Source: Candidatus Portnoybacteria bacterium (GTDB lineage Bacteria; Patescibacteriota; Minisyncoccia; Portnoybacterales; GWB1-42-6). Taken from it: a stretch of 64,000 nucleotides of DNA. Made by a program: the position numbers and the translations under genes. Below the pieces are notes generated by a model. The model had not been told where the DNA came from, ran no database searches, and saw nothing but the letters and a program-made list of their open reading frames with translations. The stretch spans positions 76,379 through 140,378 of the forward strand of contig JAQTYI010000002.1 in assembly GCA_028688325.1 (NCBI GenBank), given 5' to 3'. Shown here piece by piece: positions 1 through 8,737 of the stretch. Every line of letters starts with the position of its first letter. The stretch's first letter is position 1.

Positions 1-1233
1 AATGGATGAGGCCACGATTTTCCCTTCTTGGATTTTCGCGCCGGGCACGGTTATTGATTTTATCAAACGGAATATTTTGCCATCGACGGAAGCAAAGCGG
101 GTTTTTTCCACCAGCGCCTGCGCACCGGAGCTGAACTCGTTATATATGGTAATGATGCCCTTGGCTTTATCATTGACCTGGCGCTGTCCGGTGGCGCTAA
201 ACTCCTGCGATTGACGCTTGTCTAATTTTACGAATTGCGCCGGAATCTTATTTTGCATAAAATCGATTTTGCCGACGCCCTTGTCCGCCGTAACTGCCAG
301 GTCTTGATTAACGGCTTCTGTTTTGGGTTGAATCGAAATTTCGGCTTTGGGCAGAATGAAATATAAAGCCAGCAAAGCAACGACCAACGCCGCGCCGGCA
401 AACATGCCCAAAAACTTGCCGGAAAAAAACGGCACGATAGGTTTTCTGCTCGGCTTTTCCGGTCTCACCTTTTCAATTTTTAACAATTCTCCGAGTTTCT
501 TCAGGTTAAAAGGCAGCAAGTGGCCAAAAAATGGTTTTTTTTCTCTGCCGGACCGCTCTCCTTTGGCCAGGCCGTGAATCGGAAATTCTTCTTCATTTTC
601 GCCTTCTTTGGTTTCCTCGCCGTCTTCCGGCCGGTCGAAAAAATTTTTTATTTTTTCTTCTTTCTGGTCATTCTCTTCCGAGCCGCCGCGCTCTTCTTCC
701 TCAACAAAAGAATCTCCGAGCGCTCTTTCGTTTATCAGCTCATCAAGCTCAGATGAATTGTCCGCTTCTCTCTTCACTGGCAACGAGATCTTTTCGTCTT
801 TCTCTTCTATTTCTATTGAGTGTCTTTCAACGACCGCTTTATTGGGTCGGATATCGCTGAATTGGCGCGGGCCGGAAACGCTTTCGCGCTTGGCCTTAAC
901 CTCATCTTCCAGCATCGACTCGTATTTTCCCTGTGATATGTCATGAAAAACCTCCTCGTCTTCTTCGAGTTTCTTATTTTTAGGCAAGGCCACCCGCGAA
1001 GCGATTCCCACGCGTTTGGCCATTTCCCTGGCAACGCTGTCTTTAGTTATCAGTATAACTTCCTTGTTCAGGCGCTCCGCCTCGCGCTTCAAAAGCTTCA
1101 TCGCAATGATGTTTTTCAGAACGGCGGAATCTTTTGCCGCGACTAAAAAAACCTCTTCTTCGGCTGTCTCCCAAAGACGCTCCACGACAGAGGTTATATC
1201 ATCCTTCGTTTTTAAATTTATGACTTTAGCCAT
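1..1233 (-). CDS. Partial hypothetical protein. The N-terminal 411 codons are present and the C-terminus runs off the window start. It has an acidic low-complexity region and one predicted TM helix.
   Basis: ATG at 1231-1233 on the minus strand, preceded by a GAGG-type SD. By hand translation the frame is open to position 1 (MAKVINLKTKDDITSVVERLWETAEEEVFLVAAKD ... FLGMFAGAALVVALLALYFILP ...). The ORF track lacks it because no stop codon falls inside the window. Confidence 0.5.
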   Translation of the reverse strand, partial: MAKVINLKTKDDITSVVERLWETAEEEVFLVAAKDSAVLKNIIAMKLLKREAERLNKEVILITKDSVAREMAKRVGIASRVALPKNKKLEEDEEVFHDISQGKYESMLEDEVKAKRESVSGPRQFSDIRPNKAVVERHSIEIEEKDEKISLPVKREADNSSELDELINERALGDSFVEEEERGGSEENDQKEEKIKNFFDRPEDGEETKEGENEEEFPIHGLAKGERSGREKKPFFGHLLPFNLKKLGELLKIEKVRPEKPSRKPIVPFFSGKFLGMFAGAALVVALLALYFILPKAEISIQPKTEAVNQDLAVTADKGVGKIDFMQNKIPAQFVKLDKRQSQEFSATGQRQVNDKAKGIITIYNEFSSGAQALVEKTRFASVDGKIFRLIKSITVPGAKIQEGKIVASSI

Positions 1234-1495
1234 TTTCCCTCGCTTAAATGGTTAATGTTTATATAAGTATAGCAAAAATTCCTTTAATCACAAATATGCA
1301 TATCCACCGCGTAAAATTATGAGCGGAGCAAAAAATTTTAATTAGACCGGGAGCGAGGATTTGCTTTTCTGAAACGCTCAGTTTTGCGAGCGGGCACGGT
1401 TCTCCGCCTTGGGCGGAGAGAGCGAGCAAAGCTGGCGAATAAAATTTCCACGCTGGGGAAATTTTATGTTTTCAGAAAGCAAGTCCGAGCAATTA

Positions 1496-3589
1496 TTATT
1501 CCAATATCGCCTTAATCCTGCGCACACCGGCAGATGATGCTTCTTCCTTTACGATCTTAAATTTACCCAGCGCTCCAGTGCGCTCGGCGTGCGGCCCGCC
1601 GCAAATTTCGCGGCTGAATGCGCCTTCGACAAGCTCAGGCGATAAATCTTTATCCCCTGAGCGACCCCGCATTTGCGGGGGAGTCGAAGGGTTTTCTATT
1701 GTATAAACTTTCACCTTGTTTCCGTATTTGGCGTCAAATACGCCTGTTGCCCCGGACTCTTTCGCTTTCTCCAAATCCATCTCTTCGCAAACCACCGGCA
1801 AATCATTTTTTATCTGCTCATTAACGATATCTTCGACTTGCTTGATCTGCTCGGGCGTCATTTTCTGGCCGTAGGAAAAATCAAAGCGCAAGCGCTCGGG
1901 TGTGATGTTGGAGCCCTTTTGCGACACTTGCTCGCCCAAGACCTTTTTCAACGCCGCCAGCATCAAATGCGCGGCCGTGTGGTATTTCACCGTCGCCTCG
2001 CTGGCATCCGCCAGCCCGCCCTTGAACATCCCGGCCGAAGCGGCGCGGGAAAGTTCCTGGTGTTTTTTAAATTCTTCCTCAAACTCTTTCTTGAACTCTT
2101 TTTCATTTACAAGTAATGCCCTACCTGCTAATTCTTCTTGTATCATTTCCAGAGGAAACCCGTATGTCTGATATATAAAAAACGCTTTTTTTGCATCTAC
2201 TCTATTAAATTCTTTTATTTCTGCGCCCAAAGATATCTTCTGAGTACTACCAATAAGAAGCATCTTATTTAATTCTTTCAATCCCTGCTCCAGCGTTTCT
2301 TTGAATTTATTTTCTTCCTTGACTAACTGATGGATGATGAATTCCTTATTCTTTTCCAATTCCGGATAAGTATCTTTATATATTCTGACAACTTCGCCTG
2401 CGAGTTCAAAAGAAAAATTTTCTTTGATGCCCAGAGAAAAAGCGTTGCGCACCGCGCGGCGAATGAGCCGGCGCAAAACATAACCCGCGCCGACATTGGA
2501 AGGCGTGATCCTTTTTTCATCGCCCAGAATGAAAGCGGCGGCCTTGATATGGTCGGCGATAATGCGCATCGCGCGCGTTATATCTTCTCTCTCCTTTTGT
2601 AAATCTAACCCCCCTGCGCCCCCCTTTAAAAGGGGGGGAGATACAGGTTTTTCTCCCCCCTTATGCAAAAGGGGGGTTGGGGGGTTAATTTCCCCTCTTC
2701 TTAAAGGAGAGGGCTGGGACGAGATTATACCGTATTTTTTCCCCGACAATTCCTCTATCTTTCCTATCAGCGGCCAAAAGAGTTCGTTATCAAAAGCGTC
2801 TCTTTTACCATTTAACACGGATGCCGTCCGCTCCAATCCCATCCCTGTGTCCACATTCTTTTGCTTTAATTTTTCAAACTTGCCCGCCGTGATTTTATTG
2901 AATTCCATAAAAACATCATTCCAAACTTCCATCACTCGAAAATCATTAATTTCTTCGTCAAAAGTTTTTTGTAAAATGCCAAGTTGCGACTCGGTATCAT
3001 AAAACATTTCCGTGGCCGGACCGCACGGCCCGGTTTGCCCGGCCGGCCCCCACCAGTTATCTTTAGTAGGCATTGGAAAAATTCGGTAATTTTTATTACC
3101 GGCAATTTTTGTATTGTATGAGCAAACTTCTGCCTCAATCCCAGCAGAAGCAAAAACTTTTTTCCAAACTTCAATTGCTTCCGTATCCTGTTCGCTATTT
3201 TCATCACCCATAAAAACCGTAACATACAGCCGCTGCGGGTCCATTCCCAGCCATTCCTTGCTAGTCAAAAATTCCCAGCTCCACTCAATCGCCTCTTTCT
3301 TAAAATAATCGCCCAGCGACCAGTTACCAAGCATCTCAAAAAAGGTCAGATGACGGTTATCACCAACATCATCAATATCAGAAGTGCGAATACATTTTTG
3401 TGCATCACAAAGCCGCGAACTGGCCGGATGCTTTTCGCCCATAAGATAGGGCACCAGCGGATGCATGCCCGCGGTAGTAAAAAGCACGGTCGGGTCGTTT
3501 TCGGGAATCAAAGAAGCCGAGGGGATTGTCGTATGGCCCTTTGTCTTGAAAAATTCCAGATATTTTTGCCTCAATTCTTTTGCGGTCAT
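1496..3589 (-). CDS. alaS: Alanine--tRNA ligase (short form, 697 aa), carrying in-frame repeat insertions.
   Basis: N-terminal class II AlaRS catalytic motifs (FFKTKGHTTIPSASLIP, FTTAGMHPLVPY, RTSDIDDVGDNRHLTFFEMLGNWSLGDYFK). C-terminal editing-domain motifs (HTAAHLMLAAL, CGGPH). Confidence 0.9.
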   Translation of the reverse strand: MTAKELRQKYLEFFKTKGHTTIPSASLIPENDPTVLFTTAGMHPLVPYLMGEKHPASSRLCDAQKCIRTSDIDDVGDNRHLTFFEMLGNWSLGDYFKKEAIEWSWEFLTSKEWLGMDPQRLYVTVFMGDENSEQDTEAIEVWKKVFASAGIEAEVCSYNTKIAGNKNYRIFPMPTKDNWWGPAGQTGPCGPATEMFYDTESQLGILQKTFDEEINDFRVMEVWNDVFMEFNKITAGKFEKLKQKNVDTGMGLERTASVLNGKRDAFDNELFWPLIGKIEELSGKKYGIISSQPSPLRRGEINPPTPLLHKGGEKPVSPPLLKGGAGGLDLQKEREDITRAMRIIADHIKAAAFILGDEKRITPSNVGAGYVLRRLIRRAVRNAFSLGIKENFSFELAGEVVRIYKDTYPELEKNKEFIIHQLVKEENKFKETLEQGLKELNKMLLIGSTQKISLGAEIKEFNRVDAKKAFFIYQTYGFPLEMIQEELAGRALLVNEKEFKKEFEEEFKKHQELSRAASAGMFKGGLADASEATVKYHTAAHLMLAALKKVLGEQVSQKGSNITPERLRFDFSYGQKMTPEQIKQVEDIVNEQIKNDLPVVCEEMDLEKAKESGATGVFDAKYGNKVKVYTIENPSTPPQMRGRSGDKDLSPELVEGAFSREICGGPHAERTGALGKFKIVKEEASSAGVRRIKAILE
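1653..1693. repeat. GC hairpin insertion in the alaS editing domain (ccctgagcga-ccccgcatttgcggggg-agtcgaaggg), related to the CTGAGCG/CGAAGG family.
   Basis: Palindrome ccccgcatttgcgggg flanked by ctgagcga / tcgaagg arms; encodes an extra STPPQMRGRSGDKD-type segment just before the CGGPH motif. Confidence 0.55.
2607..2718. repeat. Three tandem GC-stem hairpin units inserted in frame in alaS, encoding SPLRRGEINPPTPLLHKGGEKPVSPPLLKGGAGG.
   Basis: cccccctttaaaaggggggg, ccccccttatgcaaaagggggg and ccctcttcttaaaggagaggg units, each a C-run / T(A/T)A-loop / G-run palindrome. Confidence 0.7.
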
Positions 3590-3661
3590 TCTCGTTTAAT
3601 CTTAACAATTCAAATTCGTTTAGTAAATACGGCGATTGTCGTTTTAAAATAAATAAAGCTC

Positions 3662-3690
3662 TTGACTTCAAAAATAACTTGTGCTAAATT
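3662..3690 (+). promoter_or_regulatory. Sigma70-like promoter (TTGACT-17-TAAATT, TGn-extended) driving a non-coding ~460-nt region.
   Basis: ttgact tcaaaaataacttgtgc taaatt. Confidence 0.5.
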
Positions 3691-3697
3691 ATAAATA

Positions 3698-4157
3698 ATT
3701 CATCGTGTTCTTTCAATTCGGGAGCAATCCCAGAAAGGAGAATGCTTATTTGCTTGTTTCGGTCCTCAGTATAACTCTCGCTTTGGCCTGATATCCGTAA
3801 AAATCGTATCGGGAAAAGCGAATTTGAGGCAACCGGCCCGGATGGCCACAACCAAAGGGAGGGACTATTATGTTTCTACGAGCCGAACTTTGGCCCCCAT
3901 TTTGCCCGCATTATTTTGCCAGTTAGAACAATCTTCTAAGGCAAAGTGGGGGCTGGGAAATTCCCCGGACTATTTACAAGGCAAAAAACCGAATATCGTT
4001 CCTTGTCCGCCTTCCGCGCGGCAAAAAATGGACATCGCTTATCCGCGATGCCGTCCCTAATCCCCATTCATGATGCCTGGCTTTGTCCAAGCAATAAACA
4101 TTGAATCGCGAGGCGGGACAAATTCAAGGGCTCCCCTGAAAAGGAGCCCTTTTTATT
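3698..4157 (+). ncRNA. Candidate non-coding transcript of unknown class, bounded by a promoter and an intrinsic terminator.
   Basis: No ORF with an SD; promoter at 3662-3690; terminator hairpin gggctcc-cctgaaaa-ggagccc + T-tract at 4128-4158. I could not match RNase P or tmRNA motifs. Confidence 0.3.
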
Positions 4158-4158
4158 T
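4128..4158 (+). terminator. Rho-independent terminator (T-tract overlaps the mnmA stop codon).
   Basis: gggctcc cctgaaaa ggagccc tttttattt. Confidence 0.65.
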
Positions 4159-5512
4159 ACAGAATAATTCCTCCTCCCAAAACCTCTCCTCCTTTATATA
4201 ATACCGCGCTTTGCCCGGGCGTTACAGCCCGCTGGGGCTTGGCAAAAACCACAAACGACTTGTGCCCCGACCGCAGCCGGATAGCGGCCCGCGCCCCTTT
4301 GCCCTGATATCTTATCTTAACCTTGCAGCTCAAAGGTAATTTCGGCGAATTGCCGCTCACCCAGTTGATATCGCCGACGAACATTTCTTTCTGCAATAGA
4401 TCTTTTTTATTACTGCTCACATATAAAATATTTTTCTTCGGGTCTTTTTTAACGACATAAAAAGGGCCCGGCCCGCCAATGCTTGCCCGCTGGCCGATGG
4501 TAAAAAGCGGCAAACCGGCATGCTGCCCCAAGATTGACTCTTTTGTCATCCCGGGCTTGACCCGGGATCCAGGCCCCTGGATTCCCGCCTCCAGTTTATC
4601 CCGCACTTGATGCGGGGCGGGAATGACAGATGCAAAAATAATTTTCCCTGGCTTCAATTTCAAGTGCTTTTTTAAAAAAGCATTGTAGTCCCCCGCAAAA
4701 CAGATATCGAATGACTGATGCGCCTGATGAGGCAGCTGCCATTTTTTGGCCAGCCCGTAAACTTCTTCTTTGGTATATCCGCCAAGCGGAAAAAGCACCC
4801 GGCTAATTTGACCTTGGTTTAAAAGGTGCAAAAAATACGACTGATCCTTCTGTTTGTCTTTGGCGGTGAAAAGTTTATACCCTAAGCTGTCATCCTGAGC
4901 GATAGCGAAGGATCTCCCGCGCATGCGGGCCGACATTCGGCGAAGATTCTTCGCTTCACTCAGAATGACACTCATAGATTTTATTTGCGCATAATGGCCC
5001 GTAGCGATATAATCCGCGCCCAGTTTTTTGGCGCGCGCCAAAAACAGCCCGAATTTTATCCGGGGATTGCAGACCACGCAGGGATTGGGCGTTCTGCCCG
5101 CGCGAAGCTCGGCCAGAAAATAGTCCACGACCTCGCGCTTGAATTCTTTGGAAAAATCAAAAATGTAAAAGGGGATGCCCAATTTTCCGGCCACCAGCCG
5201 CGCGGCCGCTTCGCTTTCCGCGGAGCAGCAAGCATTTTCCGATCCGCGTAGATCCGCGTCCTCAAGATCCGCGTCTATCCGCGGTTTCCAGAAACGCATA
5301 AAAACCCCGGCCACATCATAGCCCTGCTCTTTAAGCAAAGCCGCGGCCACCGAAGAATCAACTCCCCCGGATAAGCCGACAAAGACACGCTTGCCGGCGC
5401 CTCCGGCTTTCCCGGAGCGTAATCGAGGAGATAAGCCCGCCGATGCCATTTTTCCTTCATTTTTTTGCATACCAGATAGTAGAAATTCGGCTGTGTATAA
5501 AATCCGCCTCAA
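4157..5512 (-). CDS. mnmA: tRNA-specific 2-thiouridylase MnmA, 451 aa, expanded by three in-frame repeat insertions.
   Basis: PP-loop VGLSGGVDSSVAAALL, then GVFMRFW ... C ... LGIPFY, KDQSYFL and a C-terminal MnmA beta-barrel. Length exceeds the typical ~360 aa because of inserts at 4544-4628, 4889-4970 and 5241-5284. Confidence 0.8.
   Translation of the reverse strand: MRRILYTAEFLLSGMQKNEGKMASAGLSPRLRSGKAGGAGKRVFVGLSGGVDSSVAAALLKEQGYDVAGVFMRFWKPRIDADLEDADLRGSENACCSAESEAAARLVAGKLGIPFYIFDFSKEFKREVVDYFLAELRAGRTPNPCVVCNPRIKFGLFLARAKKLGADYIATGHYAQIKSMSVILSEAKNLRRMSARMRGRSFAIAQDDSLGYKLFTAKDKQKDQSYFLHLLNQGQISRVLFPLGGYTKEEVYGLAKKWQLPHQAHQSFDICFAGDYNAFLKKHLKLKPGKIIFASVIPAPHQVRDKLEAGIQGPGSRVKPGMTKESILGQHAGLPLFTIGQRASIGGPGPFYVVKKDPKKNILYVSSNKKDLLQKEMFVGDINWVSGNSPKLPLSCKVKIRYQGKGARAAIRLRSGHKSFVVFAKPQRAVTPGQSAVLYKGGEVLGGGIIL
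4544..4628. mobile_element. MITE-like palindromic element, family A (TGTCATCCCGGG ... CGGGAATGACA), inserted in frame in mnmA.
   Basis: Terminal inverted repeats tgtcatcccggg / cgggaatgaca, with an internal gacccgggatccagg-N-cctggattcccgcc module shared with the copy at 24614-24733. Confidence 0.7.
4889..4970. mobile_element. MITE-like element, family B (GTCATCCTGAGCGATAGCGAAGGATC ... GATTCTTCGCTTCACTCAGAATGAC), in frame in mnmA.
   Basis: 26-bp imperfect terminal inverted repeats around a cccgcgcatgcggg palindrome. 82 bp, not a multiple of 3, so the in-frame junction is not resolved. Confidence 0.7.
5241..5284. repeat. Short tandem repeat GATCCGCGT x3 (plus a partial copy) inside mnmA, encoding RIDADLEDADLRGS.
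   Basis: gatccgcgtagatccgcgtcctcaagatccgcgtctatccgcgg. Confidence 0.7.
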
Positions 5513-5720
5513 TTACCTTGACCTGCCGAACTCTATAATTTTATCAAATTTTGCCAGCCAACGATAAATCGGCTAAACTGCCGAATTTTCACTATCTGGC
5601 ATAGAATAGTTTTAGCGCATAAATCCCCTCTTGGCAAATTAAAAAAATTGTAGTATAAAGAAACCAGATGCTTAGACGGCATTTTTAAATTTAATTAAAG
5701 CAATCCGAATCTACGAGTCA

Positions 5721-5790
5721 CATCCGAATGCTCCTAATGGAATTCGGATGGGCGCTTTCGGATAATGTCCTGAGCGGGGCGAAGGACTTT
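5721..5790. repeat. Degenerate family-B-like element plus a 9-bp-stem hairpin in the efp 5' region.
   Basis: catccgaat ... attcggatg hairpin (5721-5750) and gtcctgagcggggcgaaggac (5767-5787). Confidence 0.5.
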
Positions 5791-5806
5791 GCGCTATTTG
5801 GATGCT

Positions 5807-6373
5807 ATGATCAACTACAACGAACTCAAACCGGGTGTTTTTTTCGTGATGGACGGCGAACCCTATGAAGTCCTGGAATTCGGCTTTATGCGCATGCAGC
5901 AAAGAAAGCCGGTCGCCCAGACCAAGATCAAAAATATGCTCACCGGCAAGGTACTTAACCGCAATTTCCAGCACACCGACAGCTTCCAGGAAGCGGAGAT
6001 AGATTATAAAAAAGTTAAATTTTTATACGCCCACCGCGACAAATTCGTTTTCTGCGAGATGGATAATCCCTCGGCGCGCTTTGAGCTTTCCCAAGAAGCC
6101 ATCGGCGACAAGGCAAAATTTTTCAAACCCAATTCGGAAGTTGAGGTCGTGAAATTCGAAGATAAGCTCATCAATGTCGAGCTGCCCATAAAAATGCAGT
6201 TTAAGGTCATTGAAGCTCCCCCGTCCATTAAAGGCAACACTGCCCAGGGCGGCAACAAGGCCGTGAAAATCGAGACCGGCGCCATGATCAATGCGCCTCT
6301 CTTTGTTGAAGAAGGCGACATTATCGAGGTTAACACCCAAACGGGCGAATACTCCGGAAGAGTGAACAAATAG
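5807..6373 (+). CDS. efp: Elongation factor P.
   Basis: MINYNELKPGVFFVMDGEPYEVLEF ... three-domain EF-P architecture. The start is trimmed from the track ORF (5789) to the Met that aligns with EF-P N-termini. Confidence 0.9.
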   Translation: MINYNELKPGVFFVMDGEPYEVLEFGFMRMQQRKPVAQTKIKNMLTGKVLNRNFQHTDSFQEAEIDYKKVKFLYAHRDKFVFCEMDNPSARFELSQEAIGDKAKFFKPNSEVEVVKFEDKLINVELPIKMQFKVIEAPPSIKGNTAQGGNKAVKIETGAMINAPLFVEEGDIIEVNTQTGEYSGRVNK

Positions 6374-6397
6374 TTCAGCTAACAGTTAACAGTCAAC

Positions 6398-6430
6398 AAA
6401 AAACACCTTGCAGATGCGAGGTGTTTTTTT
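6398..6430. terminator. Bidirectional intrinsic terminator between efp (+) and the VirD4-like gene (-).
   Basis: aaaaaacacc ttgcagatgcga ggtgttttttt. Confidence 0.55.
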
Positions 6431-6483
6431 ATAAAATATCTTTATTATTTTTGTTTACTGTTATCTGTTTTCTGTTTGCTGAT

Positions 6484-8472
6484 TCACAGTTCCGCCGTTT
6501 CCCCCGGCTTCAGGTCTTTCATATCACCCTGACTCGCCGGCTGATTTTTTTGTTCCGGCATTTTTTCCGCGGATCTGGCAACCCCGTAAAATTTATCGTC
6601 CCCGTAGAGCTTTTCGCCACGAGGCGCAGCGCCTGGCGCGGCCGGGCCCACCACTTCATTCAGCGCGCTGCGCAATTCCGACAGATTCGGGCCGGTCCGC
6701 GGTTTTTTGATCGCAAACCTGGCTGGCTCGACGCGAGGGGCAAACTCGGGCATCTTGCGGCCGGTCGCCTCGCTCAGAGAGATGGTCGGGCCGGTTTCTT
6801 TTATGACCGGTCCGCTCTCATTTCTCACTCTTTCGTTAAAACTTTGGCTCTCGCCAAAGCGCTGAGGTGCGCTTTGGCTAATATTTTTCTTCAACCCGTC
6901 AACCTTAGGCGCGCCGGGATTTGGCGCCTGACTGCGGACTTTTATTAAGCAGTCCTTGCAATAAACAGGCCTTACGCCGTCGGGCTTAAAATTCAATTCC
7001 ACTCGCTTGCCGCATTCGAAACATTTGTCAACATATATCGGCCCACCCGCAACGCCAGCAATGCGGCCTGCCTGGCGAAGGGAGCTAACCGGTTGTTTGG
7101 CCAGTTGCGGCCTTTCCGAAGCGCGGCCCTGCGTCTGAGGCAAAGAATATCTTTTTTCGCCTTCTTCGCTTTCTTCTTCCACAAATCCGCTCCAACGCGC
7201 AATCTTCTCTTCCACTTCTTTGCGCGATAAGCCCCCGTAGCGCTCGCGGGAAACTTTGATTATCTTTTCCCGGTGGCTTTTTTCCGTGCGCTCTATCGGC
7301 GCCAGAGTCGTGGCTGAAAACGGCCGCGAGGAAAAACCATTTATCATTAATTTTAAATAAACCTGGGCAAACCCCAAGCCAACCAGGTCGTCAGCGACAA
7401 ATTCCGGCGAAAATTCTTTTTCCAAAAACTCTGCGTCCTCCGCCCCCACGCGAAAAACTATTATCGTGCCCACATTGCCAAAAACCGCGTCGCGCACCCT
7501 GGTGCTGGTGTCTGTAGCCAGCTGCCCGATGTATTGGTGCGCTAAAACAAGATTCAAATGATACTTTCTGGCCTCGGATAAAATATTGGCGAAGCTGTCT
7601 GTGGCAAAATTTTGGAATTCGTCCACATACAGATAAAAATCTTTTCTTTCATTTTCCGGAACATTGACCCGCGACATGGCAGCCAGCTGAATCTTGGTTA
7701 TCATCATGGCGCCAAGCAGCGCCGAAGCGTCCTCGCCGACCTGGCCTTTGGATAAATTCAGTATCAGAACTTTTCCTTCGTCCATCACTTTTCGCGGATC
7801 AATGGTGGATTTGGTCTGGCCCACAATATTGCGAATCAGGGGATTCGTTAAAAATTGCCCGACTTTGTTTTGGATGGGAGAAATGGCCTCCACTTCAAAA
7901 TTACCCTTATATTTTGAAAATTCATCCACCCAAAAACTTTTGACCACCGGATCTTTAACTTTATCCATCACCTTGGCCCGGTATTCTTTGTCCACGAGCA
8001 GCCGCATGATGCCAAGAAGCGTGGCGCCCGGATATTCCAGCAGCGCCAAAACCGCGTTTCGCAAAACATATTCCAAGCGCGGCCCCCAACTCTCGGCCCA
8101 AATCTTCTTGAACACGCCGATGAGCCCTGAAGCCACCAAATGACGGTGTTCGGAATCAACTTGTTCCATAACATTAAAAGCGATGGGGAAATCCATATCC
8201 GCGGGATTGAAATAGATGACATCGTTAACACGGTTGGACGGCACGAAATCTATCATCTTTTCGGCAAAATCGCCATGCGGGTCCACGATCGCCAGGCCCT
8301 TGCCCGCCTGAATATCCTGCTTGGCCATATTTTCCAGCAATGTTGTTTTACCTGTACCGGTTTTTCCCACGATATAAACATGGCGCTGCCTGTCGCCGTT
8401 TTTTATGCCGAACTTGCGCTTTTGGCTGCGAAAATCGGTCTCGCCGATAGTTGTGATATATTCTTCTGCCAT
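6484..8472 (-). CDS. VirD4/TraD/TrwB-like type IV coupling-protein ATPase with a C-terminal C4 zinc ribbon and a GC-rich disordered tail.
   Basis: Walker A VGKTGTGKTTLLENM, Walker B-like LYVDEFQNF, TrwB_AAD-like ARKYHLNLVLAHQYIGQL. Zinc ribbon CFECGKRVELNFKPDGVRPVYCKDC. The last ~150 codons are markedly more GC-rich than the rest of the gene. Confidence 0.6.
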   Translation of the reverse strand: MAEEYITTIGETDFRSQKRKFGIKNGDRQRHVYIVGKTGTGKTTLLENMAKQDIQAGKGLAIVDPHGDFAEKMIDFVPSNRVNDVIYFNPADMDFPIAFNVMEQVDSEHRHLVASGLIGVFKKIWAESWGPRLEYVLRNAVLALLEYPGATLLGIMRLLVDKEYRAKVMDKVKDPVVKSFWVDEFSKYKGNFEVEAISPIQNKVGQFLTNPLIRNIVGQTKSTIDPRKVMDEGKVLILNLSKGQVGEDASALLGAMMITKIQLAAMSRVNVPENERKDFYLYVDEFQNFATDSFANILSEARKYHLNLVLAHQYIGQLATDTSTRVRDAVFGNVGTIIVFRVGAEDAEFLEKEFSPEFVADDLVGLGFAQVYLKLMINGFSSRPFSATTLAPIERTEKSHREKIIKVSRERYGGLSRKEVEEKIARWSGFVEEESEEGEKRYSLPQTQGRASERPQLAKQPVSSLRQAGRIAGVAGGPIYVDKCFECGKRVELNFKPDGVRPVYCKDCLIKVRSQAPNPGAPKVDGLKKNISQSAPQRFGESQSFNERVRNESGPVIKETGPTISLSEATGRKMPEFAPRVEPARFAIKKPRTGPNLSELRSALNEVVGPAAPGAAPRGEKLYGDDKFYGVARSAEKMPEQKNQPASQGDMKDLKPGETAEL

Positions 8473-8585
8473 ATAATATTATAAGATTTGACTGTTGAAT
8501 TCTCTCCGCGCATACGAAAAACTTTAGAACAAAATCGAGATGAGCAAGGCGTAAAATTTGCGTGTTGTGGTGGGGCCCCGACCGT

Positions 8586-8605
8586 CAGGTCGGGGCGTTG
8601 AGGAT
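8586..8605. repeat. GC-rich hairpin (ccccgacc gtca ggtcgggg) between the membrane-partner gene and the VirD4-like gene.
   Basis: Perfect 8-bp stem; no U-tract on either strand. Confidence 0.6.
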
Positions 8606-8668
8606 AGTAAATTTAGACGAGCGAATCCGATTTTGTTAAGGTTTTATCGTCGCGCGGCGGTTTTTCTG

Positions 8669-8696
8669 GTTCTCTTTTGCCCGGGCAAAAGAGAAC
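8669..8696. repeat. 28-bp perfect palindrome gttctcttttgcccgggcaaaagagaac in the same intergenic region.
   Basis: Perfect dyad symmetry. Confidence 0.7.
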
Positions 8697-8737
8697 GAAC
8701 TAATTTCACGATTTCAGGAAGCAAATCCGAGCGATTT

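Noticed and set aside
347-1255. Plus-strand track ORFs (347-577, 520-756, 531-860, 608-946, 943-1146, 1016-1255) and most short ORFs nested antisense inside the long genes.
   Set aside because: They lie entirely within, and antisense or out of frame to, long well-supported CDSs. They have low-complexity composition and no ribosome-binding sites.
3698-4157. Assigning the non-coding transcript as RNase P RNA or tmRNA.
   Set aside because: I could not locate GGAAAGUCCGG / AGGGUGAAA / ACAGAACCCGGCUUA-type RNase P motifs or a tmRNA T-arm and tag ORF. It is left as an unclassified candidate.
8574-8697. Calling the two intergenic hairpins Rho-independent terminators.
   Set aside because: Neither strand shows a U-tract after the stems. 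They are reported as structural repeats only.
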